A DNA stretch of 53,015 nt from positions 3,765,898 through 3,818,912 of the forward strand of contig MU053994.1 of NCBI GenBank assembly GCA_013239625.1. The letters are read 5' to 3'. The notes under the pieces were generated by a model, which saw only the letters and a list, made by a program, of their open reading frames with translations, was not told the origin of the DNA and ran no database searches. This document shows positions 22,988 through 35,222 of this stretch, one piece after another; position 1 is the first letter of the stretch, and every line of letters begins with the position of its first letter. This DNA comes from Lama guanicoe (taxonomy: Eukaryota). Position numbers and translations under genes: made by a program.

Positions 22988-24377
22988 CCTGCAATTCATG
23001 GAGCTACCAGGGGAGGTCGACAGACAACCCATGCTTGAGGAGGAGGTGAGAGAAGCTGCTATAGTATCTGTCAGATGACTGTGTGTGTGAGAGAGAGAAA
23101 CTTCTGTTTTGATATTGGCAAAGTGGTTAGATAATCTGTAATTGATAAACATAATAGGGGAATGTAGCTGAGAACAAGAGTAAATGAAATAAAATACCTA
23201 GCTACAAGTTAAGTACTTTTCTTGTATAGTGCAATGCTATCTATTACTGTTACTCTTACAGTCTTCCTTTGTCATATTAACCAGCTTGTCTTCCAGCATT
23301 ACTCAGGAGACTCACTAGCCATCTTTAAATAAATAATTTAATCTCTGCTGCACCTCATTGTGGAACATCTTCTTAGAGTTGTCTGGGTTAGAAACATTAT
23401 AAATCAGTGCTTACAGATCACAGAATCCAATTAGGGACTCAAAGTTGAAATCAACCTTTTTCAGGTGTCTGTCTCTCTTCTCATTGGGAGGCCCATGGGT
23501 ATCTTGTCAGGCCTCCGTTTTGCCTGGTCTAGAGGCTGAGTACTTCTCTCATGGAGAAGGAGCTCTGTGGGCAACTCAGTATGATTTCCCATACACCATT
23601 CAACATGTATTTTATCAGGCAATTCAAAATATATCTTCCAAATCTGATGAAAATCCATTCAATCTTTTCCACATGATGTGGCAACAGTCAGACAGAAACG
23701 TGATTTTATTTATTTATATGAGGAACTTTTGACTTTTACTCTGTGCTTTGTGTGTTCAGAGCTTTCCGATAGCTGCTTACAACCGAAACAGAAAGAAGGA
23801 GCAGTACTTCTGGAGCTCAGCATTTCTCAGCTTTCAGAGCAATGCTAAGATCTTTTCAGTACGGCTCTAAGAACCAGCTGGCAGGATATTTCCAGGTCAA
23901 GTGCTACTTGATAGTTTCTTTGAATTCTTGGCTATCAACATTTGAAGTGTCTTCAATTTATGTGTCCTGCAGCCCCAAACCCATCCTTTACATCTTGGCT
24001 GTGGGAGGCAGAAGTGAGGAAGGTTAGATACTGCTTCATTCCTAAACATTGAGTAGAAAGAAGGTGGTTATTGTATGTGGACAAGTGTTCAGGTAGGGGT
24101 GGCAGTAAGGTATGCAAGTAGACAGTCATACCTGCTTCTCTTTCATTTAGAAAGTGTGGTAGGAAAATCCATTGAGATATTAAATCGTGCTTTGTTCTTG
24201 CTATATTTTTGCCTCTTGGGTTCCAAGAAGGTTTGCTAGCCAGATCATTTCCCCTGTCTTGGGGAGATTTATGTCACAGGGCTAAGTACCCCACTGTGCT
24301 CCACTTCCCTTTCTGGCTTTTGTTTTCAAAAGCCACAGCATGGAGTGTTAGGGATTTTGCATTTTCTTCCACTGCTG

Positions 24378-24535
24378 ATTATGAAAAATTTCAAACATAT
24401 GGCAGAGTTGAAAGAATTTTACAGTGAATACCCATTACCCACCATCTAGATTTACCATTAGCATTCTACCATACTTGCTTTTTATCACCATCATCCATCC
24501 TTCTATCCACTCAGAAAGCTGCATATCTTTTTTGA
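24378..24535 (-). mobile_element. Old L1 (L1ME/L1MC-type) 3' UTR end
   Basis: TTATGAAAAATTTCAAACATA...GTTGAAAGAATTTTACAGTGAATACCCAT..CCCACCATCTAGATT. Confidence 0.65.
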
Positions 24536-25531
24536 AGCAGATGGTAAAAGAGCATCAAGAAAAGACAGAAACCTCTTAAAGACTGGAAAGAGGGTGATAG
24601 TTTGGTGCTTCAGGGGTGATAGAGGCCCATGTCTCTGGCTTTCTGGCTTTCACAGTGCCTGAGAGGTGGAAGACCTAAGACGGGCATGTCTAGGAGGTGA
24701 GCAATTAGGTCCCCAGGCACTGAGGTGCCCAAGAAGGGCACAGACATGGTAGATCTGCATTCCAGGAACTGTGGAGGCTCCAGCATTGGTGATAGTGAAC
24801 TTGAATTGAAGACCAGCAGGCTTTCCCTGACCTTGGAGTCCTCCATCAAATCCCTGGAGGCATTTGAGCAACTTCCAGGAGTCAGGGAGAGGTTAAATCC
24901 CTAATGGTTGAGTTAGTTTTTTTTTTTTTCAGTCCAGTGGGAATGGGAGCTCAGTGTTTGATGCGATTTGATTTCTGAAAAATAATGTACTTTTATTTGC
25001 ACGGCTGGGTTGGTAGAGTCAAATTCACTCCTGTTATAAACCTACTTGTATATGAGAACTTTAGTGATATTTTTGAACAATTAAATGATACAGGGGGAAA
25101 AAGGATTCTTGCAGATGTTTTCTTCACTTTTCTGGTGAGTAGTGGTTCAAACATCTTAAGAATTGAGGGAGGGGTCTCTGAGAGTACTATCTGCTTCTAC
25201 TTGCTTTATTCAGAACTAGTCACTGAAGTTCAGTCACCAGTTTAATGTTCCCTTTTAACCAGGGCAATTATTTTTTTCATTATCAATCTGCAGCCTCCAC
25301 TTAAGGGGGATGGGAGGTGGATTTCAAAGTAGCAGTAGGAGGGGTGCATCAAAACAAGAACCAATAATGAGCAGTGATTACTTTCCAGATTTCCACTGGA
25401 TAAAGGATGTCAAATTAAATGTTTCTTCACGAAGAGTGGGAAATTATATCAATTTTCATTCTTTGGTACCACTCTCCTGTTTAGGAAGCAATTCTATTCA
25501 AAGAAACTGTCCCTTTAGAATAAAGCATTTT

Positions 25532-25739
25532 GTGTCAAATTCCAGTGTAGAGCACAATTTTTCAGTTATACATGAACATATGTATATTCATTGTCATATT
25601 TTTTTCACTGTGAGCTACCATAAGATCTTGTATATATTTCCCTGTGCTATACAGTATAATCTTGTTTATCTGTTCTACATTTTGAAATCCACATTGTAAA
25701 GTGACTATAACTCAATAAAAAATGTTAAAAAAAAAGAAG
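25532..25739 (+). mobile_element. Young lineage-specific L1 3' end with 5' inversion (twin priming) and TSD
   Basis: 25532-25689 is reverse-oriented L1 3' UTR; 25691-25735 is forward ACATTGTAAAGTGACTATAACTCAATAAAAAATGTT(A)n; TSD TTAGAATAAAGCATTTT at 25515-25531 and 25740-25756. Confidence 0.88.
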
Positions 25740-26508
25740 TTAGAATAAAGCATTTTAGGCTCCCTTTTGTCCTAAGCCCCAAATACATGTTTGACTGCAA
25801 GGTGTGATATGAAGGCTGTATGGATTAGAGGGTCTTTTCACATCCAGGCATGCTACTTGAATCATATTGTTACAAAGCCAGAGGAGACAGTTTTTGGTGG
25901 CTCAGCCAAGCATGTCTGGTCTATGTCCCATAATAAATCACACGTTGAGGGGCCTGATGCTTTAGCTCAGGGCCTTGGATTTCAATCTGCTTGCTCCCCC
26001 ATTTCCTTTCCCAGCCCCTGTCTTTCCATAAAGGGATAATATCAGCTTAAGAGGCAGCCCCACCGTTGGCCTGTGTGGGGCTGCTCTGTCGTGTGTGACT
26101 AGATTTTTGAGGTGTATTTTAGAAGATAAGGAAGGATTAGGCAAGAAGATGTGTTAACTGTGTTGGGTATAGATTCCTAGAGGAGGCCAAGAAAGGGTCT
26201 GCTTCATGATCCATTATGGTTACTGAGCAGCTACCATGATAAATACCCAGCATAGCATTGCACAATATGCTTCTGCATACAGAGAAGAGTAGTAGGAATT
26301 GTTGTCTTCAAGGAGAGAAAAGTGGGTTTTGTCTGCCCAGCCTAAAGAACCTTGAAATGTCATTCAGTTGTCTGCAGTAGAGAAAGATAACATTAAGGAA
26401 GGTGGTCATGAACTGTTTTGAACGACCAGTAGTCCGGTAGCTTCTGTCAACTGTTTAATGGACATCCTTCAACCTTTCTTCTGTGCTTGCTAACCAGCAA
26501 ACACAGGT

Positions 26509-26948
26509 ATACTATGGCAAATTCCCTTGGCACCTACCAATTCTGTACATGCTGGATGGACTTCTAACTATCAGCAAGTGTGGATCGCTATTTGAGGATT
26601 TTCTCCAACCACGGGAGCATGGTCTGTCTGCGTGTGAGACAAGTGGCAGTACAAAGGACTCAACATGCCCCAGGAGCAGCCCTCAACCAATAACTGATGA
26701 GCATTGGCACATAATCTCCCTACTTCCTTACCTCTCAGTTGGGATAACTCAGGGTATGTTCTGCGGTTCCCCAGAGGGCCCCGGAGGAATTATGCTCCAG
26801 TTGCCCACAGTGTTAACTTGCTTGGTAACACTTTTTTTAATTGGCTTTCTTCCCTTCCCTGTCTCACATCTTCATTCCCCTGCTGGTGTTTCCTGGGATG
26901 ACCTCCCAGATAAACTACTTGCACTTGAATCCTGGTCTCATGGTTTGC
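26509..26948 (+). mobile_element. ERVL solo LTR, LTR16A-like
   Basis: CCCCAGGAGCAGCCCTCAACCAAT...GGGATAACTC...CTCCAGTTGCCCACAG...CCTCCCAGATAAACTACTTGCACTTGAATCC. Confidence 0.8.
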
Positions 26949-26964
26949 ACCCTAGAATATATCT

Positions 26965-27150
26965 GTGTAAATATGTTTTGCCACTTACTGGAGTGTTGGA
27001 GATCTCATGACAGTACATATAGATTTATCTCATTATTTTTAGCATTTCACAGTATGGATACACCCTATTTTATTAACCATGTTCTGTGGATGAAAATTTA
27101 GTTTTATTTTTCCTGTTTTTCCCCCTACTCTCATTAACAATGAACTCCTG
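26965..27150 (-). mobile_element. L1ME-type fragment
   Basis: AGTACATATAGATTTATCTCATT...AGTATGGATACACC..TTTATTAACCA. Confidence 0.5.
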
Positions 27151-27629
27151 TTAAGATCCAGTTTGCATTGAGTCTGTTGTAATGTTGGAACCAAAAAAAT
27201 GCTTTAGGAATCCTTCTGGAAGATTATGGTGATAAACTTTAGCAGATGTGCTTGAGGATCAGGAATTGTTATGGGGATAGTAGCATCATTTGCTGGGGGT
27301 AACAGTGATGTCTGCGTAACTTACTCCCCTAGGTTCCATGGGTAGAACCATTTGTTCATTAGGTGCCTATGTGTCCCAAATTCAGGTTATGAAGGGAAGG
27401 AAAAGCTTAACCATAATTCTCCTGTGAATCTAGGAAAGCCAAAGGGAGTGAGGGTAGAGCTTAGGAAACTTACAACCAGGGTGACTGTCTCATATTGTGG
27501 AAGAACTAGAAGGCATGAGATTATGTGGGCTTCCCTGTCTTATCTTTGAGATTCTCTGTCTTTGAACACCTTTGAATTTAAGGGCACCAGATTTGGAGCT
27601 GGGCTTAGGTTCCTGCTTGACTAGTTAAT

Positions 27630-27735
27630 TGAAAGGGCCCTTATATGATCATGTGTAGCTACCTTCCTATTTTACATATGTGGAAACTGAGGCCCAGAGC
27701 AATTAATGTCATTGCCCAAGGTCACACAGTGAGAT
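27630..27735 (-). mobile_element. MIR SINE core
   Basis: ATTTTACATATGTGGAAACTGAGGCCCAGAG...TTGCCCAAGGTCACACAG. Confidence 0.75.
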
Positions 27736-28107
27736 GATGAGTTCTATGGAACTGGGGACATTTATAATCAGGAATGTTCTTAGTTTGTCTTGAAGAGCAT
27801 TTGGGTCATCTATGGGAAGATGATTCTAGATGTAAACTCTGATATGCATTGAGATGGAATTATTTTCCCCGGAGTTGTAAAAAGGAAGAAAACACCACAA
27901 TGAAATACACTGGGCATTTTAGATAGCCCTTTCTAGAAACAGGAGGTCAGACCAGATCAATTAATTGACAGGGTTATTTTGAACATCTGCTACAGGTGAA
28001 GGATGCAGAGGAGGTCATACATGGTCTCTGCCCTCCTGAAGCTAATGGTCTACTTGGTAGCACAAGGTGTTGCCACCAAAGTGAGTGAGTGCTCAGAAGG
28101 CTGCAGA

Positions 28108-28473
28108 CAGGGCTGACTTATCCATTAGGCACAGCAGGCACAGTGCCTGGGGCCCATCATACTTTTAGGGGTCCATGAAAATGTTTTAATTTATTATTAT
28201 TTTTAATGGAGATACTGGGGATTGAACCCAGGACCTCATGCACGCTAAGCACGTGCTCTACTGCTGAGCTATACCCATCCCCCAATTTTTTTTTAAATCA
28301 GAAGGAGAAAAAAAGAACTTTCATGTCAAGGAATATGTTTGAATATCTAATATATCTACATTCATCTTTATAACAATGAAGTCATAAAATATCATTTTTA
28401 ATATTTTTGCATGAAGAAAGGAGCCCACAAAGCCAAAGGTATCTAGGGCCACAGACATCAAATTCTGGCCCTG
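28108..28473. mobile_element. ORSL-like hAT-Tip100 MITE interrupted by a SINE
   Basis: Termini CAGGGC...GCCCTG; TAGGCACAGCAGGCACAGTGCCTGGGGCCCA...ATACTTTTAGGGG...; degenerate 8-bp flanks GCTGCAGA/ACTCCACA. Confidence 0.75.
28191..28283 (-). mobile_element. tRNA-Ala-derived SINE (camelid Vic-1-like), short form
   Basis: Reverse complement GGGGGATGGGTATAGCTCAGCAGTAGAGCACGTGCTTAGCGTGCATGAGGTCCTGGGTTCAATCCCCAGTATCTCCATTAAAAATAATAATAA: A/B boxes, AGC anticodon, A-rich tail. Confidence 0.85.
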
Positions 28474-28513
28474 ACTCCACATTTTCACTTTGTAAATACC
28501 CAATGAGAATTAA

Positions 28514-28936
28514 TATATTAATTTGCTTGGGCTGCCATAAAAAGAACCACAAACTGGATGGCTTAAACAACAGAAATGTATTATCTCACAGTTCTGGAAG
28601 CCAGAAGTCTGAGATCAAAATGTCAGCAGCAGTGGCTCCTTCAGAGGGCTGTGAGGGAAGCATCTGTTCCTGGCTTCTCTCTCCTTGACTTCTAAGATGG
28701 CCATCTTCTTCCTGTGTCTTCACATCATCTTCCCTCTATGCAAGTCTCTTTTTCTTTGCCTGGTATTCTCTTTATAAAGATACCAGTCATATTGGATTAG
28801 AACTCACCCTCATGACATCATCTTAACCAATTACATCTGCAACTACCCTGTTTCCAAATAAGGTCATATTCTGAGATACTAGGGGGATTAGGACTTCGAC
28901 ATATGAATTTGGAGGGGCACAGTTCAGCTCATAACA
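28514..28936 (-). mobile_element. MaLR solo LTR, MLT1B/C-like
   Basis: GGGCTGCCATAA...GGCTTAAACAACAGAAAT...TTACATCTGCAACTACCCTGTTTCCAAATAAGGTCA...CATAACA. Confidence 0.85.
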
Positions 28937-30372
28937 GGTAGTGACAATAACTTCCTGAGCTGGGGAGGGGCCAGGGTAGAGAGCATGGAAGCTGAAGGAC
29001 AGGAGAGGGGGGCTTGGGCCACTCTCAAAGGATGGAGTGAGGAGAGGAAGAGAGAGAAGATATCAGATGTGCAGAAAGAGGCAAGGCAGAAACTGCATGA
29101 GCAGAGTCGCAGATGGCAATGTAGAACATAAACCTGGGAGGCGCAGAGGAGGCCAGTTTATCAGGTGTTAGGGGAGTAGCAAAGGGATGGTTGGGAAGGG
29201 AGCTGTGTGTTTGTCCTGGAAAACCTTGAACAAAGGCTAAAAGGGAACACTAATGATGCTATGATTTCAGAGAGTCTCTTCCAGTTTAATTATTGCTACC
29301 CTTTCCTCTCTTGTCTACCTAAACTAACCAGCTTGGGGAGATTTAAGAACCCAAAGGCACATTCTTGTTTTAAAGGCTGTTGATCTGTGGTACAAATGTT
29401 CTCATCTCTTTTCTGATTTTTAGGCAACACCTAAGGGAGACATCTTTATTTTTTATTTCCATATACTCATTGCGTTTTTTCTAAAATTACCTGAACTTAC
29501 AGAAAACAATAGAGGCGCCAAAGTGTTGAAAAGAGAGTTTGCCTTTTACTGAAAACCTTGAACTATTAATCTGTGTGTGTTATTTAACTGGCATAAATTT
29601 TCTATATTAAGGGCATAGTGAGAGGGAATAGAAACCTTAGTCTGTCTCAGCTTTCAAATAAAACTTAGTCCCTTTGGAAAAACATCTGGGACTAATGAGG
29701 ATGCTAAAACTGTTAACTCACACACACACCAGTTTTATTTGCTCTTTCATGATGAAAATTTTCCCCTTACAGTTGCCCAGATCCACACGTATATTACTCA
29801 GGATCTGATGTAGCATGGGCACCATTTGTGGCCACATCCTCTGAAAACCACTTTAAGTGGGTTTCCAGAGTCTTTAAAAATAGGCTGGATTCTGGCAAAG
29901 CTTACAAGTACAGGAGGGAAAAGCTCGACAACTTAGCTTCTTGAAAATGATTTTAATTGTAGCCATCTCTTCCTACTTTTACTTCCTTACAGATCTCAGG
30001 ATATCAGTAGAGCTAGTATTATGAATTTCCTCTTTTTTTTAAAAAAATAGATTCAAATTGACCAACTGATTTAAATTCTTTAACTACAAAAATCTTGTCT
30101 TCTGTACTGTTCTGATCTCTTAAAGGTGCTTAGTTTTGTGTTTTCTGGATTCAGCAAACGACTTTGTGGTGCTGATTGAACCTCCCCACACAGCGACTGG
30201 ACCACTCCTTAATTATTTCAACTGTGACTCCTCTGACACCTCTGAGCAGTAGTGTGCTTCCCATCCAGTGGTGACATTAGAGCATGTTGCTTCTAAATGG
30301 CTGTCAAGCACGTTGCCATGACAATGGAGCTCTGCTGGTCAGCTGGAGTGGAAGTTCTTCAGTTTTCGCCAG

Positions 30373-30530
30373 CAGTGACTCTCAGACTTGGTGTGCCACA
30401 GAAACAATCATCTGGGTGCTTGTTAGAAATGCTCACTCCCAGACCCTACCCTGAAGTATTCTGATTCAGGAAGTGTTGGGATGAACCTGTGTTTATAGCC
30501 ATCTTTCCAGGTGATGACTATTCAGGTGGC
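30373..30530. mobile_element. MER5-type MITE, degraded
   Basis: CAGTGACTCTCAGACTT...CATCTGGGTGCTTGTTAGAAATGC...ATTCTGATTCAG...CCAGGTGATG. Confidence 0.6.
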
Positions 30531-31811
30531 CCCCAACCTCATCATCAGAAAGTCTGTGTACAGCACCCAGATATTGTTGGAGTTATGCCCCTTAGAGAGT
30601 GCTGATCTTTGTCTCTATTGGGTCAGTGTCCAGGACTGCCCCCTCCTGGAAGTTGCCGAAGAATTTGCATTCTGCCTTTTGCAGGATCTTTATATATGAG
30701 TGTTTGCCACGCATATGCTTTGTGTTTACTTAGCTTTTTCTGGGTAAGATTCTCCAGCTCTAAAAGCAAGGTCATCTGTTAGTAATTCTCTGCTTCAGTT
30801 GGCAAGTGACTTACCAGGGACATGCAGTTGAAATTAGCATATGCATTCTTCGAGGTTTACAGTTTCCTTCTGCCTGGGACTTCTGGGATAGCTTATTATG
30901 ATGTGTGTATGGGGAGGGGAGGTAAATGGAGGCGCTTATGAAACCTCTTTGAAAAGACCAGCACATCATCTGCATGAAAAAGCAACTCCTGGGGGCTGGA
31001 CTAGCAGAGTGTTCAGGAATTTGGGGTTTCTCTTGATCCATTCTGAACCTGAGATTTTTCAATGGATGAGGATCAAGCATGTTGATATATGAGAATGGAA
31101 ATAATAAATTCTTTGTTGAAAGCAGTGATCAGTATGTTTGCCATGGGTGCCATCCACCCCAGTGTCTGGGTGCTTTTGTTGTCTTTACTTGGTTACTTTG
31201 CGAACTTCTAGAGGGGAAGAGATCAGCTACCTATGAAAGGGTTGACAGTGAGATGGATGTATAGTTGTAGTGTCAGCATTGACTTAGAGCAGTAGGTGAG
31301 CTTCTCAACCCCTACCAGTGTGGAAGACCTATTCCAGCCTCTTCAGATGGAGGAATATCTACCTATCCGTCAATTAATTTGTTAACCTCTCAGCTTCTCA
31401 AAGGCTATCCTAGATGATCCTTTCTTCTGTTTAACAATTGTACATAAGTTCAACTGTATTTATTCAATGTGCATATATTGAAAGCACCAACCTTATCCTG
31501 GGCATTGTGCTAGCTGAAATAGAGATGAAAAAACAATCCTCTCTTGAAAATGTTTGAGCCCATTTCCCCCCCACCCCAATGAGGTGGTCAGACAAGACTT
31601 CACAGGGCATATGCCAAAGTGTTCTCACTCATAAATCTCTCTTCCAGGCTGAACAAGTTCAGATGTCTTTGATTTCTCCCTTTTGGTCTGGGTTTTTAAT
31701 TTTTTCCAACCCTTATTGTTTTGAAACAAGTTTGCTGTAAACCAGGCAGATTTTTGCCTGGAAAACACATTGCTACTTGGAAATGACTTCGACAGTCACA
31801 CAACACAGGTG

Positions 31812-32010
31812 GATAGTGTGGAGAAGAAGAGGTGGGGCCAGATAGATTTAGGCTCAAATCTCATCTTGGCCAATTAGTAGGTATTGGAAGCTGGATGTGT
31901 TTCTTAGTATCTGAGACTCAGTTTCTTCTTCTGTGACAGGGACTAGCTCCTTGAGGAGGTCGTTGTGATGACTAAATGAGCTACTCAGTATAAAGCACCT
32001 GGCACATAAA
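31812..32010 (+). mobile_element. MIR SINE
   Basis: GGCTCAAATC...CTCAGTTTCTTCTTCTGT...GTTGTGATGACTAAATGAG...TAAAGCACCTGGCACATA. Confidence 0.65.
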
Positions 32011-32353
32011 TGTCAGTTTCTCTTCTCAGCTTTCCTGCTACCCAAAATAAGAACATTTTAAGATGGAAATGCATTAAGGGAAGGCTGGACGTCAAGAGGA
32101 GAAGACAAGGGAGTTTTGGTCTTAAATGACCTTGATCTTTGGTTATTTATGGAGTTATCTTTTGGTTCTGAGAAGATTTCAAATTAGGCTTCTAAACAGT
32201 ATTGGCTATTATAGCTAGAAATAAAGCCAATCTCTTTCTGTTGTCCTGCCCACTCATCTTCCAGCCCCCCGAAATCCTTTCTTTGAAATAAAGTATTGTG
32301 GAAATAAGGTAGTTGGCTAACTGCAGTCTTTAAAGCTATAATGGCTGACTACG

Positions 32354-32685
32354 CATTGCTTCTTATTTAGGACTGCATCTAATCACCTGGGAGCTTTTTG
32401 GAACTATACATTCTGGTTCCATGCCAGCCCTAGTAAATCCATACTCTGGGCATGGAGAGCTGGCATGGGAAAGGTCCCCCAGGTGATCCCAATAATAACC
32501 ATTGCTTTAGGGCAGTGTTTGCAAACTTGAGTGTGCTTCAGAATCACCTAGAGGGCGTGGCTCTAATCCCATCCCACCCCACCCCACCCCAGCCTCTGAT
32601 TCTGTAGGTGGGGCCAGAGAATCTGCATTTCTATTAGGGTGATGCTAATGTTGCAGGCCTGGGGCTCACTCTTTGAGCACCGCTG
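32354..32685. mobile_element. Two adjacent MER5-type MITEs (~32354-32504 and 32513-32685)
   Basis: AATCACCTGGGAGCTTTT...CCCCAGGTGATCC...AACCATTG; then CAGTGTTTGCAAACTT...CTTTGAGCACCGCTG with 8-bp flanks CTTTAGGG/ATTTAAGG. Confidence 0.7.
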
Positions 32686-33166
32686 ATTTAAGGTTTCTTG
32701 TTATATGAATACAGTGGGGGCTCAATAGCAACGTCAGCAGTCCTAAACCATTACTGTACTTTCTGACCCAAAGTGTAAAGTGTAGGCAAGAAGATACAAA
32801 TGTATGCCTTTTAAGGAAATTGAAGGAAAACAATTGTCAAAAACCATGGATGGTAAGGTTAAGAGGTGGAGATTACTGTCTTGACTAATGTGGATATTTT
32901 TGTTACTGAATGAGACTGACTCTAGTGGTTTGCAGGAAAATCGGTCTTCTCAACTTGCCAGTGAAGGTGGGTTATGGACAAGAGGTCTACCACATCTGGA
33001 AAGGTGCGCAGCCTTTTGGGACCTCAGTTCCTAACCTTCCAATTGACTGTGAAGAGATTAGGCACGGAATTTGACCAAAAAAAAAATACACACACAAGAA
33101 AACACAGGCCCAGATTCCCACTTATGGTGGCATTGTGGGATGAGGTGCCCCCCTGTCCTGTGCATG

Positions 33167-33502
33167 GTTTTTTTCCTTAAAGATTTTATTTTTTAGAGCA
33201 GTTTTAAGTTCACGGCAAAATTGAATAGAACATACAGAGATTTCCGATATACCCCTTGCCCTCACACATACTTGACTTCCCCTATTACCAACATCCCCCA
33301 GCAGAGTGGGACGTTTGTTACAATCAGTGATCCTACCCGGACACATCACTCAGTGTCCATGGTTTACACCAGATTTTTCTCTTGGTGTTGTACATTTTGT
33401 GGGTTTTGACAAATGTATAATGACCTGTATCCACCATTTGAGTATCATACAGAGTATTTTCACCACCTAAAAATCCTTTGTGCTTTGCCTATTCATCCCT
33501 CC
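33167..33502 (-). mobile_element. L1MC1/2-like LINE-1 3' end
   Basis: TTTTAGAGCAGTTTTAAGTTCACGGCAAAATTGA...CATCCCCCAGCAGAGTGG...GACAAATGTATAATGAC...CCTATTCATCCCTCC. Confidence 0.85.
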
Positions 33503-34749
33503 GTGGGATTTTTAAGAGTGAAAATAGAGTTTCAGAGCACAGCAAACAAAAATGACAGACTTCTTTCTGTTCCAAAAAAAGCAGAAAAGAGTACAGAAAG
33601 CAATATTTTGAATTATGAGAGGTAAAACTATGAAACAACATACAGTTTTATTTTCAATGTTTTAATCATGTCTCTATGGAAGTCCACAACCTGAGCCTTC
33701 TAGCATCAGTCAAATGGAAATGTGATTCCCAGGGTTGCCATGTCTGCAGAAGGGTTAGGTTTCTTTATGTAAAATATTATCTTTCTCCTTGGGAGAGATC
33801 TTCAAACAATTCCTCAAAATATGGATTTTTAATGGAGGTTGAAAGATAATGCCATAATTTTCACATTGATGAAAGTAAGACTATAGAGTTTTCAGAACAT
33901 ATTTAAAGAAGTGGATGGAATTTTGAGTGCTGTTGAGTGCTGTACAAAGAGAGAATAAAAGAATCTGGGGGCTGGTATTCTACTATTTCACAGGAAGTAG
34001 AAATAGGAAGAACTAGCAGTGTCTGAAAATTATGTAGCTTGGTCAGTTTGATTATCAGTGGGTGGATTATTCAGTTTGTTGATTATCTTCAACAAAATTT
34101 TAATCCCAGTATGGCTTCTTCAGCTTGCTTTGCCTGTAATTAGTTAGCATGTGCTTGGGGAATGCCACAAACTCTAATATTAGCTCCAGGAAAACATAAT
34201 CACCAAGGTAAATCTGCAGCTGCTGCAAGAATGAATGTGTCCCAAAGCCAGATGCCACTGGGTTTTCTTTTGGATGTGGTTTGGGATTATTCAGGCTATA
34301 AAAATGCAGATAATTAGGAATGGAGTGAAATTTTCCCTTCCAGCATGTAGGACTTCCTCCTTGTCATCTTTCCACAGTCTTGCTTTCACTGGGCTACCTT
34401 CCTGCTCAAAACCTACCCAAGCTTCCTGATCTGGGAGGTAGAGCACTGGCATTTACATGTCGGTATGGGACAAACACCGTGAGCCACATTGGGCTTCCCT
34501 CATCGGGTTATTGTTAATTGCTACTGTAAATTTCAGGCGAAGTCTCCAAATGCCCCCTATGGTCACAGGCAAAGACTACTCTGTCCCTAGGAAATTGTGT
34601 ACATGTGAGTCACAGAAGGTAGTAGTGGAGGGTGATATTGAAGTTCATCTATAAATAAAATGTTATTTTTCAGAGGAACCACTGCAAATTTAAATAGAAA
34701 TTCCCCAAGAAAACAAAAGACCCAAATTTCCTCAGGGTTCCTCCCCTCT

Positions 34750-35222
34750 TTAGTCAGGATTAGCTTTGGCTGCCTGTGACAGAACACCCAAAATAACAGA
34801 GAGTAAAAAAATCAGAGTGAAAAAATACAAGTTCAAGGTCCATTTCTCTCCTAAGTAGGAGGCAGTTTTATGAAGTTATCACAATCATGGGGTCCTGCCA
34901 GCTTGATACTCAGCTATGCTCAATGGGTGGTTTTCACCAAAATGGCTGTTCAAGCTCTAGTCATCATATCCACCTCTTAGCTGGCAGGAAAGCAGAAGGG
35001 TCAAAGAAGGGTGTGTCCTTTCCCTCTAAGGACCAATCCTGGAAGTTTCTCAGGACTGTTCACCTTACATCCCATTGCCCGGAAGACTTAGTCATGCGAT
35101 CATATCAGTGAGGCTGAGCCTTTATTCTGGATGGTCTGTACCCAGCTAAAAATGGAGGATTCTTGTTACTAAGAACGAAGAGGAGAATGGATATCTAGAG
35201 ATAATTAACAGTCTCTGTCACA
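34750..35222 (-). mobile_element. MaLR solo LTR, MLT1J-like
   Basis: AAAATGGCTG...ACATCCCATTG...CTTAGTCA...CCCAGCTAAAAAT...GGAGAATGGATAT...CAGTCTCTGTCACA. Confidence 0.7.

Noticed and set aside
26483..27010. 175-aa ORF as a protein-coding gene
   Set aside because: GTG start, lies almost wholly inside an LTR16A-like LTR, no recognisable domain
28207..28283. tRNA-Ala(AGC) gene, and similarly 45329-45405
   Set aside because: Extra 5' bases, stem mismatches, A-rich tail, flanking repeats and insertion inside another transposon mark these as SINE copies, not tRNA genes
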